Position numbers and translations under genes: made by a program. Positions 37,515 through 53,221 of a stretch of DNA of 64,000 nucleotides are shown piece by piece; the first letter of the stretch is position 1, and every line of letters starts with the position of its first letter. The stretch comes from Paramecium tetraurelia (taxonomy: Eukaryota). The notes below the pieces were generated by a model that did no database searches, was not told where the DNA came from, and saw only the letters and a list, made by a program, of their open reading frames with translations. The stretch spans positions 155,370 to 219,369 of the forward strand of contig CT867988.1 of assembly GCA_000165425.1 (NCBI GenBank), given 5' to 3'.

Positions 37515-39259
37515 ATGCAAAAACTAACAAGAATTAACAGTTGTATCCATCATTTTAAATGCATTAGAAAAATGAAAATGCAAACTCAAACATTTATTTT
37601 GCAATCCTTCATTTTTGTTTTAGTATTTTTAATTGTAATCTCTTCCCAGATGATTAACAAATTTATGATGGATGACATAATTGAAAAATTGACTAAGGAA
37701 ATAGAAATAAAAACCAATCTCAAATAGATAAACATTTAATCTCAATTCATCAAATATTAAGCTCACCACCCTTTGGAATATGGATTCAAATTTCTCCAAA
37801 GCTTCAATAAATTGAATTAATTGACATTAATAGACCAAAAAACTTCAATTAATCTTTTGCTAGGATGTCCAAAGGATGAAAAAAGTCTCAATATTTATGA
37901 AAAAATTCCTTAATTTTGTTACATCTTAACAAAGAGCAACACAATAACATCAGATAAAATATTAATTAACCATATAGTGGGATATCAAGCTTTATTGAAC
38001 TCATTATTTTTGCCCATTTCTCTTTCGGATTTCCAAAAAACATTATTTTTCACTTTTCTTTCTGATGAAGAATATTTTGCAATTCTCCCATCAAAAATTA
38101 TTCCAGCAGTGTACTTACCATCAGAAAGGCCATGGTATCAGGAATAGATCTAGAAAGTGGAAAATACGTAATAGAATGATACAATTTCGATTTCAAGTAT
38201 TTATCAAAATTTTGAAACACAAAAATATGAATTCACAATAACAAAAGGATTAACTGACCAAGAGTAGAATTTATGTGGAATCTTTGGAATCGATTAAACT
38301 TTGGAACATTATAAAGAGCTATTATTGTACGATGATTTGAATGTAATTCTGGTTGATCTCGAAGGAAGAATGCTATTATCCAATTTAATGATAAAATAGG
38401 ATATAGATTTATCAAAAGAGAAGAAGTACATTTATGACAGTGATGCAACTGGATTCGATGAAAATGATTGGAATTAAATTGTGAACGAAGCCTAAAAATA
38501 AGGGTAAGGAAATATTGAATGTGGTGACAATGGTGTTAAATAATTTTGTAGATATAATACTTTCTTTAAGTAAGACCTGATAATAATCGTGATAAACATT
38601 TCGAGTTAGTTTTATTTGCTTGTGTAAAGTATCTTTATTATCACAATAGATTTTAGAGTTTGGCTCATATTACTACAAATGTAACCAAGGCCAAATAGCT
38701 ACAGGATTAAATAATGTCTGAAATAACCTAATTTCTGTATTACTGTGTCTTTATGGCTATCATCTTATTGCTGCTCTCAATCATTATCATTCCAATATTT
38801 TTTAGACCACTACAAAACATTCAAAAAATGATTAGTACTCAAATGGTTTCTAAATTCACAATCCACTATGATCATTTCTTTAGTAGTAATAGGAAGAAGA
38901 ATTAACTAGCTTTCTTTTCTGAAAGCTTTAATGTTTTCAAATAGAAATTATTAGATTTTACATAGAGTAAATCACAAGATTGTTATATTATTGAGAATTT
39001 CAAATATCCACGATAGCAACAGATAATTGTATAAGAATTAACTTCTTTCATTAAATTTCAATTAATTGTAATCATAATATCCTATGAGATAGAAAGATCA
39101 AATAAATAATCTGCCTAACTAAAATACCCAAATCATTTAATCCCCAAAACTATTCTGTGATACTTTTCTTGATTACAGTTATAACAGTTAAAAGAGTGTG
39201 ATTCAAGTATCACCGAAGACGTAACATTTCGTATTGATTTCTAAAACAATTAAACTTGA
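37515..39259 (+). CDS. Two-TM protein with extracellular Cache-like sensor domain
   Basis: TM1 FILQSFIFVLVFLIVIS; Cache signature YLPSERPWY..SSIYQNF..FTITKGL..GIFGID..ILVDLEGRML; TM2 followed by FFRPL; TGA 39257-39259. Confidence 0.8.
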
Positions 39260-39702
39260 ACTTATTATTATAAATTCGTGAATTAATATATATCAATCTA
39301 AAACTGATCTTAACTTAGCTAACTTTTATTTATTTATGAAAATTTAAGTTCTTGATCCATTTGATAAAATGTAAGTAAATTAAATTAAATAGATATTTAT
39401 TAATAATAGATTTAGAGAAGTATTAATACCATATTTTCTAAGATAATTTATTTTTGTTACTCAGTGTCTCCATGATTGATGAAGATTATTTATCATATCA
39501 ATAGTAAAAATAAGGATAAAAGAATGGAATTTCACAAGAAATAAAACAGAAACATTTTTTGTTTTGAAAATGATAATTAATATATTAGCCAAAAGATATC
39601 TGAGATATATGTAGATAATGATGATGATGTTTATGGAATAAAACCAAATAAGATACGATCATCTGGGATTTATCTTTAAAACAAATTGATAATATGAGCT
39701 AT

Positions 39703-42238
<2,536 letters not shown>

Positions 42239-42329
42239 ACAAATTATTTTCTAAATCCATACTCAATTATAGAAAAACTAATTTAGAAATTATAAATCGA
42301 TATATATTCCATAAATGTAAATTCTCAAT

Positions 42330-42731
42330 TCAAAGCCCAAATGTATTGTATTCACAATATTATATATAGAGGAATTTGTCATCATCCTAATACTTGTCAT
42401 AAACCTCCTTTATGCTCATATCTAATAACACTGAATTGTACCTCCCCTCAGAGCAACTTTATTATTCACAAACAAATAAACTGCTTCAGCCTTGTTAAGA
42501 TTTAATTTGCTTCGTATTAAAGTATTTAATTGAAATACTCGAAAATTTGAAAGGAAGAGATATCTAGATTAGTGAAAATTAGAACTTCTAAACATCTAAA
42601 TCTGGAAGTCGTGAATTTTTGTCTTTTTCAATGATGATAGGGACTCTATCTTGATAATGTTTGAGAATATTCTCACTCTCCTTAAGCCTTTGCTCTTTAG
42701 AATATTGTTTTTTAAATGATTCCTTTTGCAT
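42330..42731 (-). CDS. ATG8: Autophagy protein ATG8
   Basis: FKKQYSKEQRLKESENIL..DRVPIIIEK..LPDLD..YL..AVYLFVN..DDDKFLYIQYCEYNTFG-L-TGA; two micro-introns. Confidence 0.95.
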
Positions 42732-43099
42732 GTTGTTATTAGTTATTTTATTAATTGTATATTTATTTTAAATTGAGAACATATAGATTTATTTCATTTT
42801 TTAGAACAATAAAATAGTTCATGAGATGAATGTCAATACAAGCTGTCTTAGACGAGTAAAATCATATAAGCAATTTATTACAGTAATTTCTTAAATTAAG
42901 AAATTCGGTATATAAATTATCCCTTGTTATCACAATATTAAAATAAATTAATATCAATATATATACTTAAATGCTTTTAAAAACAATTGATCTTAAAAGC
43001 ATTAAGTTTATATGAAGTTTGAAGAATTAGAGCAAATAAATCTTCTTAATTAACAAAAAATTAGAATTTTCTAAATATCTAATACTTAAATAAATTTTA

Positions 43100-43664
43100 T
43101 CATATTTCTTATTTTTATTCCTCTGACTTTGGTTTGTCGTCACCAACCCAAGCTTCTCTTCTTTTTTGATTATATTTATTAATGTAACAGTTTTAACATA
43201 ATCCTTCTAAAATAAAATATATGAAATGTACATGCGTACAACTTCTGATGGCCACAGATCCAAGGCTTTTTAGTCCTTCCATATTTATGGTAGCAATTGC
43301 TACACATACCTTTAGCATAATGTTCTTTGTCAGGATGTCCACAATTATTATCTCGTTTACTACTAATAACTTAGCATTTGATTATTTACATCTTTTTTGA
43401 CTTAGCAACAACTGGTACCTATTATTGATTGGTTTGCTTTTCTAAATTTTACATTTATGAAGCAATCAACTAAAAATAACATGAATTATGTCACCATATT
43501 AGAGAAAAGAGTATTTTAAAGTAAATTGAGCTAGTCTTACTTATCGTTTACAGCATTATTCAAGTTCTTATTGTTACTCATCTAGAAATTTAGGCGAAAA
43601 ACTTAAATGAATATTTAACATGAATACGATTTGTTCCTGCTAACAACTGATTAATAATATTCAT
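43100..43664 (-). CDS. Small protein with two CxH..YAxGxCxxCY putative zinc-finger repeats
   Basis: CGHPDKEHYAKGMCSNCY and CGHQKLYAQGLCQNCY after removing four micro-introns; basic residues flank the repeats; TGA at 43100. Confidence 0.75.
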
Positions 43665-44318
43665 AAAGATTTGGTAATTAATAATAATATTATTATACAA
43701 ATCAATTAATTCCCGTTTTATTATCAAAATCTGGCAGGATCAAATGACAACCATTTTGAATACAACTTATTAAATAAGTTTAAATATCATACATTAAATA
43801 ACAAGTATTATTTCCTAACTGATGTATTAGTTAAGATTTACTAATTTAATTATTCAAAACACAAAATAATGGATGATGAACAAATCAGAAACAGTGAATA
43901 TTTAAAAGGCTTAGTAGTTATTATTAATGAATTAATATTTAATATTACAGTGTAGGATCTTGTTCCTTGTAGAATCTTCACAACTGCAATGATTCTATTA
44001 ATTTTATAATCTATTAAAATGCATTGAAAATTCAAATACTTTGTTGCTCATATATAATAACAATTCAAAAAAGAGCAAGCGCAAGAATTTTAGCATCCTG
44101 CTAGATTAAAGTAAATTCAATTTAATAATCTGATATTAATTAATAACAATGAGATATTAAATATTTTTAATTTCTTCATCTTTTTTTAGTATTTAAAATT
44201 ATATTTATTCTTTATATTGTCGAATCCTTAAATCTCAAGAAAGCCTTCGAATGAAATTCTAATCTATAGCTCACATTATTAACAATTATAATATAAATTT
44301 AATTTATACTTATTTTTT

Positions 44319-46006
44319 ATGAATTAATAATTCAAATGGTTGAAGTAACGTCCAACAAAAGGCTTGGCCTTTCCCACTTCAAGAGAGGGAGCCACGCTTA
44401 CTTATATTCCCAAATATCAAAGCGTAGTTTTATTTGGGGGAATATGTAATGGAAGATTAAATGAAATTATGATTTTTGATATTCAAAAAGATGAATGGAA
44501 AGTTTAGCAAACTCAAGGAAGACAACCTTCACCAAGATGTTATCATAGTGGTTTTTATGATGGTAATAACTAAATATTTATTCCGTATAGAAAGTTAGAA
44601 TGTCATATACTATTATGGTGGATAGGCTGATAAAGGTAGATCTTTGACAGATTTTTATTGTCTAAGCTTTCAAAATTTTGTATGGAAGAGACTATTTTTA
44701 TTGGAAAGTCCTCCGAATAGACATAATCATACAATGTGTGATTTGCCTGGAATGGAAAAGATCATATTTGGAGGAGCATGCCTTCCTGAAGATTTGATGT
44801 ATAATGATGTTTGGATATTTAATTATTCAGCCATTCAATTTACGAATCAGCAAGAAATCCCTGGAGCAGTAGCAACTAAGAAAAATTGTAAAGGAGAACA
44901 TCCAGCTCCAAGACAAGGACATGGGGCTGTAGTATATTAAAATAATATGTTTGTGTTTGGTGGTAAATGCTCAGATGAAACTACTCAATTATATAAGTTG
45001 TCTTTGGATAATTATTAATGGAAAAGAATATTGCATTTAGGTAAGGCACCAGGCACAAGGGCCTTTTTCTCTACTAGTTTGATCAAAGACAATGTTATAA
45101 TATTTGGTGGAATTGATAACGTAGCTAATAAGGTCCTAAATGAGACTTACTTATTAAATTTAACTGACTATCATTGGAGTTCTCCTTTTACTGCTGGGCC
45201 CATTCCTTCTCCCAGATATTCACATTGTAGTTGCTAAATAGAAGACATTATCCTAATAATGGGAGGAATCGAATAAACTTATTGTTCTATGGATATGTAT
45301 TTTTTGTCTTAAGGATCTATTAACTAAAATGCTGAATGGGAGCAATTAAAAGAACCGACTGAATTGGAAAAGCAAACCAACGATGCAGCTAATCAAATAA
45401 TTATGGAAGGCAAAATGTACTTGAATTAAATTGAAGAAGCAATGATGAAAGAACGATAAAAAATAACTGATCTTCAAAAAGAGGTTTAGAATTTATAAGA
45501 AGAAGCAGATAATCTAGATACACATATCAAAAAGTAAACAGCAATAGTTATGGGTGAACATCAAAAAGCATCGCAGAATAATAAAAACAAAGAGATTGCC
45601 ATAGAGACCATCTTTTTAATGATTAAATAAGAATAAACACTCACAAAATAACTCAATTACAAATGTTAACAATTAGAGGAATGCATATAGAATTCATATC
45701 CACTATTACATACTCTTGACTAATTCTATTAGTCGATTCGATAAAGTATATTAATACTCTATATTAAAAGTTTAAGGTTCCGATCCTGCTGATCTCAAAG
45801 TTAAAAAAATGGCTGATCAATTTGCCAATGATATTCAAAAGGCTAAAGAAGCTTAACTTGAATCTCTTAGCAACATTTATGCCGTTTATTAAAAATTTAC
45901 AGCATTATCGAATAGAAATGAGGTTGAATTGAATTAATGGCGAGACAATGTGAAAGATATGAACAATGATTTTGAATAATTAATATTTGAAACTGAACAT
46001 GATTGA
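44319..46006 (+). CDS. Kelch-repeat protein with C-terminal coiled coil
   Basis: Repeated PxxRxxH..FGG..D/N.W motifs (PSPRCYH, PPNRHNH, PAPRQGH, PSPRYSH), then E/K/Q-rich heptad-like region; TGA 46004-46006. Confidence 0.9.
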
Positions 46007-46040
46007 ATTGTTATATTTATATTTAATCAATGTTATCAAC

Positions 46041-47068
46041 TCATTTTTAATTAAAATATCCTGATAATAGTTTTCTAAATGTCTCACTAAAATCAGCCCA
46101 TTCTTTTCTTAATAGAATGCCATCCCCATCTTCATCCATATATTCAAAGATTTCTCTTACATGCACCATCGACACTGCAAATGTATTCAATTATGCAGCA
46201 CATTCCTTAGGTGTTAATTGTCCATCACCATCATCATCTAATAATTAATAGATCCAATTAAATAAACCATCCCATCTTTCAAACCTTTCAAGTATCCAGA
46301 ATCCTATTTTTCTAACAAATAAATCTTTATCATTTTTAGTATGTTTCGTCTATTCCTCGTAGTGTTTTACGAAGGTCTTGAATCCATCATGTAACATCTG
46401 TAATCCTCTATCCAACTGCAAATGAATCAAATCTCGATGATTTCTTTCATCCCTATTAATGGCTGTAAATTGAGCAGTGATATTATAAGGATTAGATAAT
46501 GCCCCATGAAACTTTTCCCATTCCTACAAATCCTGGATCATTTTAGGTCTTAAAACCTTATTGCAAAAGTTAATCCATTCGGTTCTCATAATTTTAGTGT
46601 CTATATTTCTGTCGATTAGCATTCTTAATGAATCTAATTTCTATCGATCCCCTACATCTTCAATCATATCAGCAAATGATTCATATTCGCTCTTGCTAAT
46701 GTAGTTATTGCCTTCATAAAGATAAATGTGTACCTGTGACATCGAATAATTGAAAGAGCATAGTTTCAGTGACCCTCCACTTTACATCGTTTCTGATTAA
46801 ATAATTGATCAAATAAACATTTTCAGCATGTTCAGCAAACTTATTATGTTTATTTAATAGGATATTCAGGAAGACTTCATAAAAATGAATGGCATGCTCT
46901 CGAGTGATTCCTCTTCCTTAGGAGAGAGTGGGTTGACTAAAATAAAAGGGAAAATTACAGATCTTCATCTAGATCGAATTTTTTTGGTCTTGGTTTCATA
47001 TATACATACAACAGAAGCAAGACAACGATAAGAAAGAATGGCTTAAGTAGTTTGTTCCTAATTTTCAT
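46041..47068 (-). CDS. Signal-anchored multi-EF-hand protein
   Basis: N-terminal hydrophobic FFLIVVLLLLYVYM; EF loops DVTGNNYISKSE, DRNIDTKIMRTE, DDDGDGQLTPKE, DEDGDGILLRKE. Confidence 0.8.
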
Positions 47069-47099
47069 TGTAAATAATTAAATAATTAAATATTTATTT

Positions 47100-47416
47100 T
47101 TAACCAAACTAAATGCCTGCTTTATATTATCTACATAAATTTATGTTAATCATTTCAAAAAATCCCTATTATATTGATTTTTCTATCGACCATTTTTATA
47201 TTTCAATACTAATCTCTTCAATATCACCCATTTAAATTTGCTAATCCTTTTATAAGTTTGAGTTTCTTTATTTATCTTTTTTTAAAATCTGTATTGAATG
47301 ATTTCAACATCCCTATCAAATTCTATGCTTTCAACTTTTTCCTCTATGAAAACCACCTCTTCCTTCGGCTAGAAATAGTTTCCAATTAATTCCTTTAAAT
47401 AATTTATATATTGCAT
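47100..47416 (-). CDS. Small uncharacterised protein (3' end uncertain)
   Basis: ATG 47416, MQYINYLKELIGNYFQPKEEVVFIEEKVESIEFD..; E/I/K-rich code-6 frame; stop not resolved. Confidence 0.4.
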
Positions 47417-47460
47417 CTAATATTTATTTATTATATATATATATTAAATTTTATTCAATA

Positions 47461-48130
47461 TCAAGTCAAATACTTGTCTAATAAATTTGGGTCTAATCCT
47501 TCCATCTACATTTTCATTTTCAATTATTAATGATTCACTCCATAACTTAATAGTTTTTTGTATTTCTCCAATCTCTCTAAATTTTTATTACACTTAATTC
47601 ATACCATCTTCCACTTCCTCTTATTAAACTTATTCCTCTTAGACCTACTCAGGTTATTAAATTTGCTATTCAAATTAAGGAGGAGCAGCAGCTGCTTCAT
47701 AAGAAGCTTCCTAATTAGGTACAATCTACTAATAGTTCTAAGGAGGAGGAGGTGGTGGTGGTGGAGGAGGAGGAATCGCATTATTTTGATTATCTATAAT
47801 TACTACGGCAGAATACTTTATGGTTCTACAGCCTGAGGCTATGCCACTTATAATTATTATTGAAGAGGAGGCACCACTAAACCATTATAGAATTCTGGGG
47901 GTATTGATTCTAGTTTCTTTTCCAATAACAGCACTTTCGACTCGATCTCATCCAGAACTACTTCCATTTCAAATAATTTGTTTTCATTGAAATGACCGAA
48001 TCTGTTATAATAGTTGTACATCATACTTATTTAAAAAGTCAATGTTTTAAAGCATGTATTCATTCAATACAGCAATAGTATTTTTGTATGGAATCGGCTC
48101 AAGCTAGCTCAAGTCTATAAAACTTTCCAT
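47461..48130 (-). CDS. WASHC3: WASH complex subunit 3 (CCDC53)
   Basis: FLNKFGHFNENKLFEMEVVLDEIESKVLLLEKKLESIP, poly-Pro linker, C-terminal RLEKYKKLLSYGV..MKMQMEGLDPNLLD, all characteristic of CCDC53. Confidence 0.85.
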
Positions 48131-48461
48131 TATATAATACTATATAATATTAATTAATCTTAATAAGCAATCCTTTATTTATTTATTTATAGAATTATCA
48201 TAGGGAAAATCTTTCAACCTACCCTCAACTATAAAAAAATAATATTCGTTAAATAAAAATACGAAAATATATGGAAATGATACATCAATTGTGGCATAAT
48301 ATTTATTACAGTGTTCTTAATCTTATCAGTTCACAAATTATTGCAACTCAATCTTACTTGTATTATTATTTAGTTATATTAAAGAGTAAGAGGTTGATTA
48401 TTATTATAAATGATATTTAATTAGAATAATTAATTAATATAGAAGTAATAATCAATTAAAT

Positions 48462-49445
48462 TCATTCTATCCATTTAGTTCGTTTGCCTTCTTCAAAATA
48501 ACATTATCTTTCATTAGGCATGTCTTTACCCTTATAAAGTGCAATTCCGTGTTGTTTCCCATCTTTCCATTACCCTTTATAAAATTTACCATCTGGCCAA
48601 TAAAACTCACCATAACCATCTTTTTTATCATTTTTATAACTCCCAATATATTTTCTACCATCATTCCATCTAAATTCCCCTTATCCATTCATTTTGCTAT
48701 CCTTCCATTCTCCTTCATATTCCTTATCTTTCCATTTAAAGATACCAATTCCTTCCATCTTATTGTCTTTGAACTCCCCTTCGTAAGTGTCTCCATTAGC
48801 CCAAGTAAAGATGCCCCTGCCCTCTTTTGATCCATTAAAATATTGGCCTTCATATTATTAACCGTCAGGCCAGACTTCATTACCATATCCATGTTTCTTA
48901 TCATAGACGAATTCCCCTTCAAAATAAGCACCATTATTTTAAGTAACCCTACCTTTGCCATTCTTTAATCCATTCGTGAATTAACCTTCATAATATTCAT
49001 GTTCTGGATGAATTAATCGGCCGTAACCATCAATTTTATCTTCTTTCCAAGAACCTTCATAATAAACTAGATTGGGGAAGACACAACGTCCTTTTCCATG
49101 TCTCATTGATTTATGCCATTCTCCATCATACTGAGAATTATCTTTAAGTAAGAAGGCTCCTAAATATTATCCTCTTATGTTCATTTAGTAATTAAAATCA
49201 GGAAGAGTCGATAAGTATTCTTCTATCTGTTTAGGAATCTTGATAGATTCTATAGGAAATGCATTTTCTGGTTATTCTTCATATTACTCGTCTTTAGAAA
49301 GTAAAATGATAGATTATTTAAATTCTGAAGATGAGTTTTCATTGTAAATAGACACAGTTTGAGCTATAATTTAGTCTGGAACTAAGATTTCTCTTTTCTC
49401 CTCATCTGTTGCTTTATTGCAGGTTTAACAACATTATTAACCCAT
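48462..49445 (-). CDS. MORN-repeat protein with acylation-type N-terminus
   Basis: Intronless 327 aa starting MGQQCC; about nine YEGEWxxxKxxGxG repeats. Confidence 0.92.
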
Positions 49446-49466
49446 AAAATTAATATATTTAGAATT

Positions 49467-50313
49467 TCAATTATTAAACTATTCATCAATTCTAACGCAT
49501 GTGTCTTCTAGTAATCTCAATAACTAATCAGCCATAGATTCTCTTTGTTATTTCTCACTTCTTAATTCAGTTTAAATTCTTTAATGGATATCTTCTATCA
49601 TATTAAATATTTTCTTTTGTGTCTCATCCCTAATTTGTCTTTCTACATGTAACATATCTTAAAATGCATTAACTTAATTGTCGATTTGTTCAATTAAATT
49701 GTTCTATGAATCTTCTCTGTTCTGAGTTTCTCCTTCTAATAAATATTTCAATTCACTCATCTACAAAGTAATGCTTTGTAACAATTTGTTAGTTTTATCT
49801 TTGCAATTTCCATTGTTCTATTGTAAATTTGAGTTAAGACTGTTGAACCTTTCTTCAATTTATTTTAACAATTACAATTCTAATTTTCTTTTGTTCTAAT
49901 TACATTATTAAATTCAAATATTTACACTTTTTTCGTCTTCCACTTGCTAAGTTAACTATTCTTCAAAATTACGAAGGTCCTTCTATTTTAGTTCATCGAA
50001 TAGTTCTCTATCATTTTTTTCCTGATACACTTAATCTTGTAATTTTAACAAATGATCTTTCAAAGTCTTGAACTTTTGCTCCTCCTTAGGTCTTTCTTAA
50101 TTCAAAAGGGACTCTATTCTTTGGATGTGCTATTCTACTAATTCTTTCTTGTCATTCTTCTCTTTATCCAATCCTTATTTTAAATTAGACCATTTCTCTG
50201 TCAACACTTTTAACCTATCAGTCGAAGGAGATTCTAATGTGAACTAAGAATATCAAAGTACCTCTCCTAGCCTTTTCAATTGATTGAAATTAAGGGTTGT
50301 TTGAATATTTCAT
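49467..50313 (-). CDS. SF-assemblin/beta-giardin family coiled-coil (striated rootlet) protein
   Basis: ESPSTDRLKVLTEKWSNLK.., continuous coiled coil, C-terminal EKQQRESMADQLLRLLEDTC; one 28-nt intron. Confidence 0.8.
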
Positions 50314-50780
50314 TTCAAATTAAATACGTTAATATTATTTATCATTGACCATGGTACGATTTTAACAAAATTATGTAAATTTTCATATTATTAATCATCA
50401 ATATGTAGTTTAGGTTTGAGTGATCTTACTATTGCACTGCATCCAACATCTGTTTAAAATGGTAAATGATGTACACCTTTTGGCAGATTAGGCTAGTCTG
50501 TTCTACTCAAGCATATCACATCACATATCGACGTCAATTAAGAGATAATTTCTTGTTACTCTTCATTAAATATTTCTCCTCTTAAAGTGATACATCCTTT
50601 GCTCTTTGAGTTTTGATTGGCTTTTTAATCAAATAATTAATTCAAAATTTGCATTTGTGTCAATTTACTATTAGTTTATTCCTGTTAACGAGGTTGTCTA
50701 ATTATTTTTGTAATAAAATTTGGTGCCATAAACAACAATGCAACTAAGAATATAATTACTAAAAGAAAAGTAATTGCCAT
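50310..50780 (-). CDS. PEX22: PEX22-like peroxin (N-terminal TM + HAD-like domain)
   Basis: Intronless 156 aa; TM ITFLLVIIFLVALLFM; HLPFQTDVGCSAIVRSLKPKLHIDD..NLHNFV resembles recalled plant-type PEX22 (FCST..GR.SFVRQL.P.WHID..L.RF). Confidence 0.6.
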
Positions 50781-51437
50781 TTAATAATTTATAAATTATT
50801 ATCAAAATTCTCATCTATAACTAATTGAATACTGTCATTTTGCAGCCAGTTTTATTTTATGAATAGAATTGATTTTTAAGAAACATAGAAACTTAAGTAA
50901 AATTAATAGAGATAATTAACTTCCTAATTTAATCATCTTTTCCCTTTTTGTCACATACCATATAACATAATACAATAATAATCTGCATTTTAAGTAGGAA
51001 CTTTATAAGTAGAATCAAATCACTTAAATTTTAAGAAGAATAATATTTTAGTATTATTCAAATTGTGTTATCTACTTTACTGTTTGACGATAACTACTTA
51101 TAAATTTATTCATATGTCGTATGCATAAGCTTAATTACAATGAAATCATTCTTCATTCTGATTTCTTAGTTGAGCTTATTAATTGAAAATATTAATTTGA
51201 ATAGAAGAAGAGATCTAAAGATGAGTTTAGTACTTTATATTATATACAATTGACTTTCTAAATTCTCTTTTTAACTAAAGATTAAAGACTCTAAGTCATC
51301 AATCCAATCAATATTATTATTTTATTATATATATAATTAATAAAAATAAATATATTTAATTAATAATTAAATAATCGCGCTAATTTCTTGATATTGTGCT
51401 CCAAGGCGGAAAGAATTAATAATAAATATTATTAAAC

Positions 51438-52564
51438 ATGAAAAATAAAAACATCAATGTTGCTCCTGACCTTAATCAAATGCTTCAAAAGAAAGTTAAA
51501 CTTTGCGAAGATAGTCAATGCACTACTCTTTTTAATGAGAACTCTAATTCTGTTGAATCTTTCCCTACCTTATCAAAAATAGCATCGAAATATCTGAGTA
51601 GACCATCTCTTAGAGAAAGATTTTAATTAATTAATGAGACTGGAAACCTATAAGCAAGCAAATATTATTCTTTAATTTAAATCTTATCAGCTATTGACAC
51701 TCAGTTATTATTCCTTAAATAAAGAGTATTATTATATCTAATTTTAGAGAGAATCCTTATTTTGGCCAAATATTGTAAAAAGTTGCTATGACTCTACTTA
51801 GCTCTAAGTTACTACTAGATAACTTTTAGAAATCTTAGCGGTGTGGTAATAAAGCTATGTCATAAATTGGGAAAAATTTGAGAAGTAAAATGGAAATTAC
51901 GAACTTCTGTTCAAATTCCCTGATAAATAATTGCCTAACTCTCAAGAATTGAATTCAAGAAAAGAATAGTTTAAGGAGAAGCTTGAAACCTATTTACAAA
52001 TTAATGGAGATTACATAGAACCATACAAATTACCCTAAAAACCATCACTTTGTAATCCCAACATTAAATAAGAAACAAATCAATAAGTTAAAAATGATTC
52101 TGTACAATTTAGTTAATTCATTAACATTTCCAGAATATTTTAAGATAAGGAAACATCAAATGAATCTAAGCCACTATCCAATGTATCTTAAAAACTAATT
52201 GATAAACTGAGAGAAAGGAAACTATAAGAAAAATAAAAGTAAGAAGAATCCCAAGATGACAAATAGTTATCCTCAAAAAAACAACAAGTCTTAATTGCTA
52301 CTATGCTACATCAATACTATTAATAAAGAGATGTATCTAATATGTTCTTCAGTAATGTACTTAAATATATTCATGAACGCAATTCAAATGTTCTTATGAG
52401 TAATGAATAAATAAAAACAATGATAAGTATCTATTGTAATCTATTTAGTCAACCTTACTTAATCTGTTGATAATTGGCTCCAATTAATTGATAATTCTGG
52501 AGGGTAAATTCTTAGATTAAACAAAGAAATTGATTTACCAAATATTATCAACTAATTACAATGA
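51438..52564 (+). CDS. CDT1: Replication licensing factor CDT1-like
   Basis: KYYSLIQILSAIDTQLLFLKQRRE..EILAVW..LNSRKEQFKEKL..LPQKP (middle domain), LSNVSQKLIDKLRER, and C-terminal winged-helix-like region; two introns. Confidence 0.75.
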
Positions 52565-52696
52565 ATAAATTTATATGATCTCTAGCTTAAGTATTTTTTT
52601 AAATTTAATATCTAAAATTGCATTATAATATAATAGAAATTTATTAATTAATATATAAAATATTTGATTTAGTTTCTTCAATATAAAACAAAAAAG

Positions 52697-53042
52697 ATGG
52701 ATTCAACTAGATTTGGATATATTTATGATAATTCTGACGCCGTTAGTTAAACATAATCATGGAGTACAGATGATGCCAGTGGCAGAAGTTCAGTCTAAGA
52801 TTTGACAGAGGAAATCAATAATAATCTGGAAAACAGAATTTGCCAATATTTGAGCGATTTGTGCATTGAAACATTCACAAGCCCCACTCTTAAGGAGGAT
52901 AACTATAATCATTTCCTAAAATAAAGGATCGTAAGACATTTAAAAATATCTATAGTTTAAAAGTTTTGACGCTTTCGTGCCAAACAAAGAAAATAGTATA
53001 CTTTTGAAGAAAAGAAAGCAACACATCAAATTAGGAGAATGA
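52697..53042 (+). CDS. Small uncharacterised protein
   Basis: MDSTRFGY..; one 25-nt intron restores the frame to TGA 53040-53042. Confidence 0.55.
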
Positions 53043-53221
53043 TTTTTACTTTACTCTATATATAAGTTTGTATATAAATTTATTTTCATTAGTATTATAA
53101 AATTAAAATGAATAAATCAGAATTTGTTCTATTTTCTTGATCTATATTATTCTTACTTAAATTAAGTAAGAATAAGCATATTAAATTTAATTAAATTTTA
53201 TCATATTTAATTAGGAATTAA

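Noticed and set aside
43860..44130. Short plus-strand coding-like stretch (MDDEQIRNSEYLKG..FKKEQAQEFQHPARL)
   Set aside because: Needs frameshifts not explained by introns; too short to call, possibly a remnant.
47740..47775. GGA/GGT triplet run resembling a microsatellite or G-quadruplex
   Set aside because: It is the antisense of the poly-proline linker of WASHC3.
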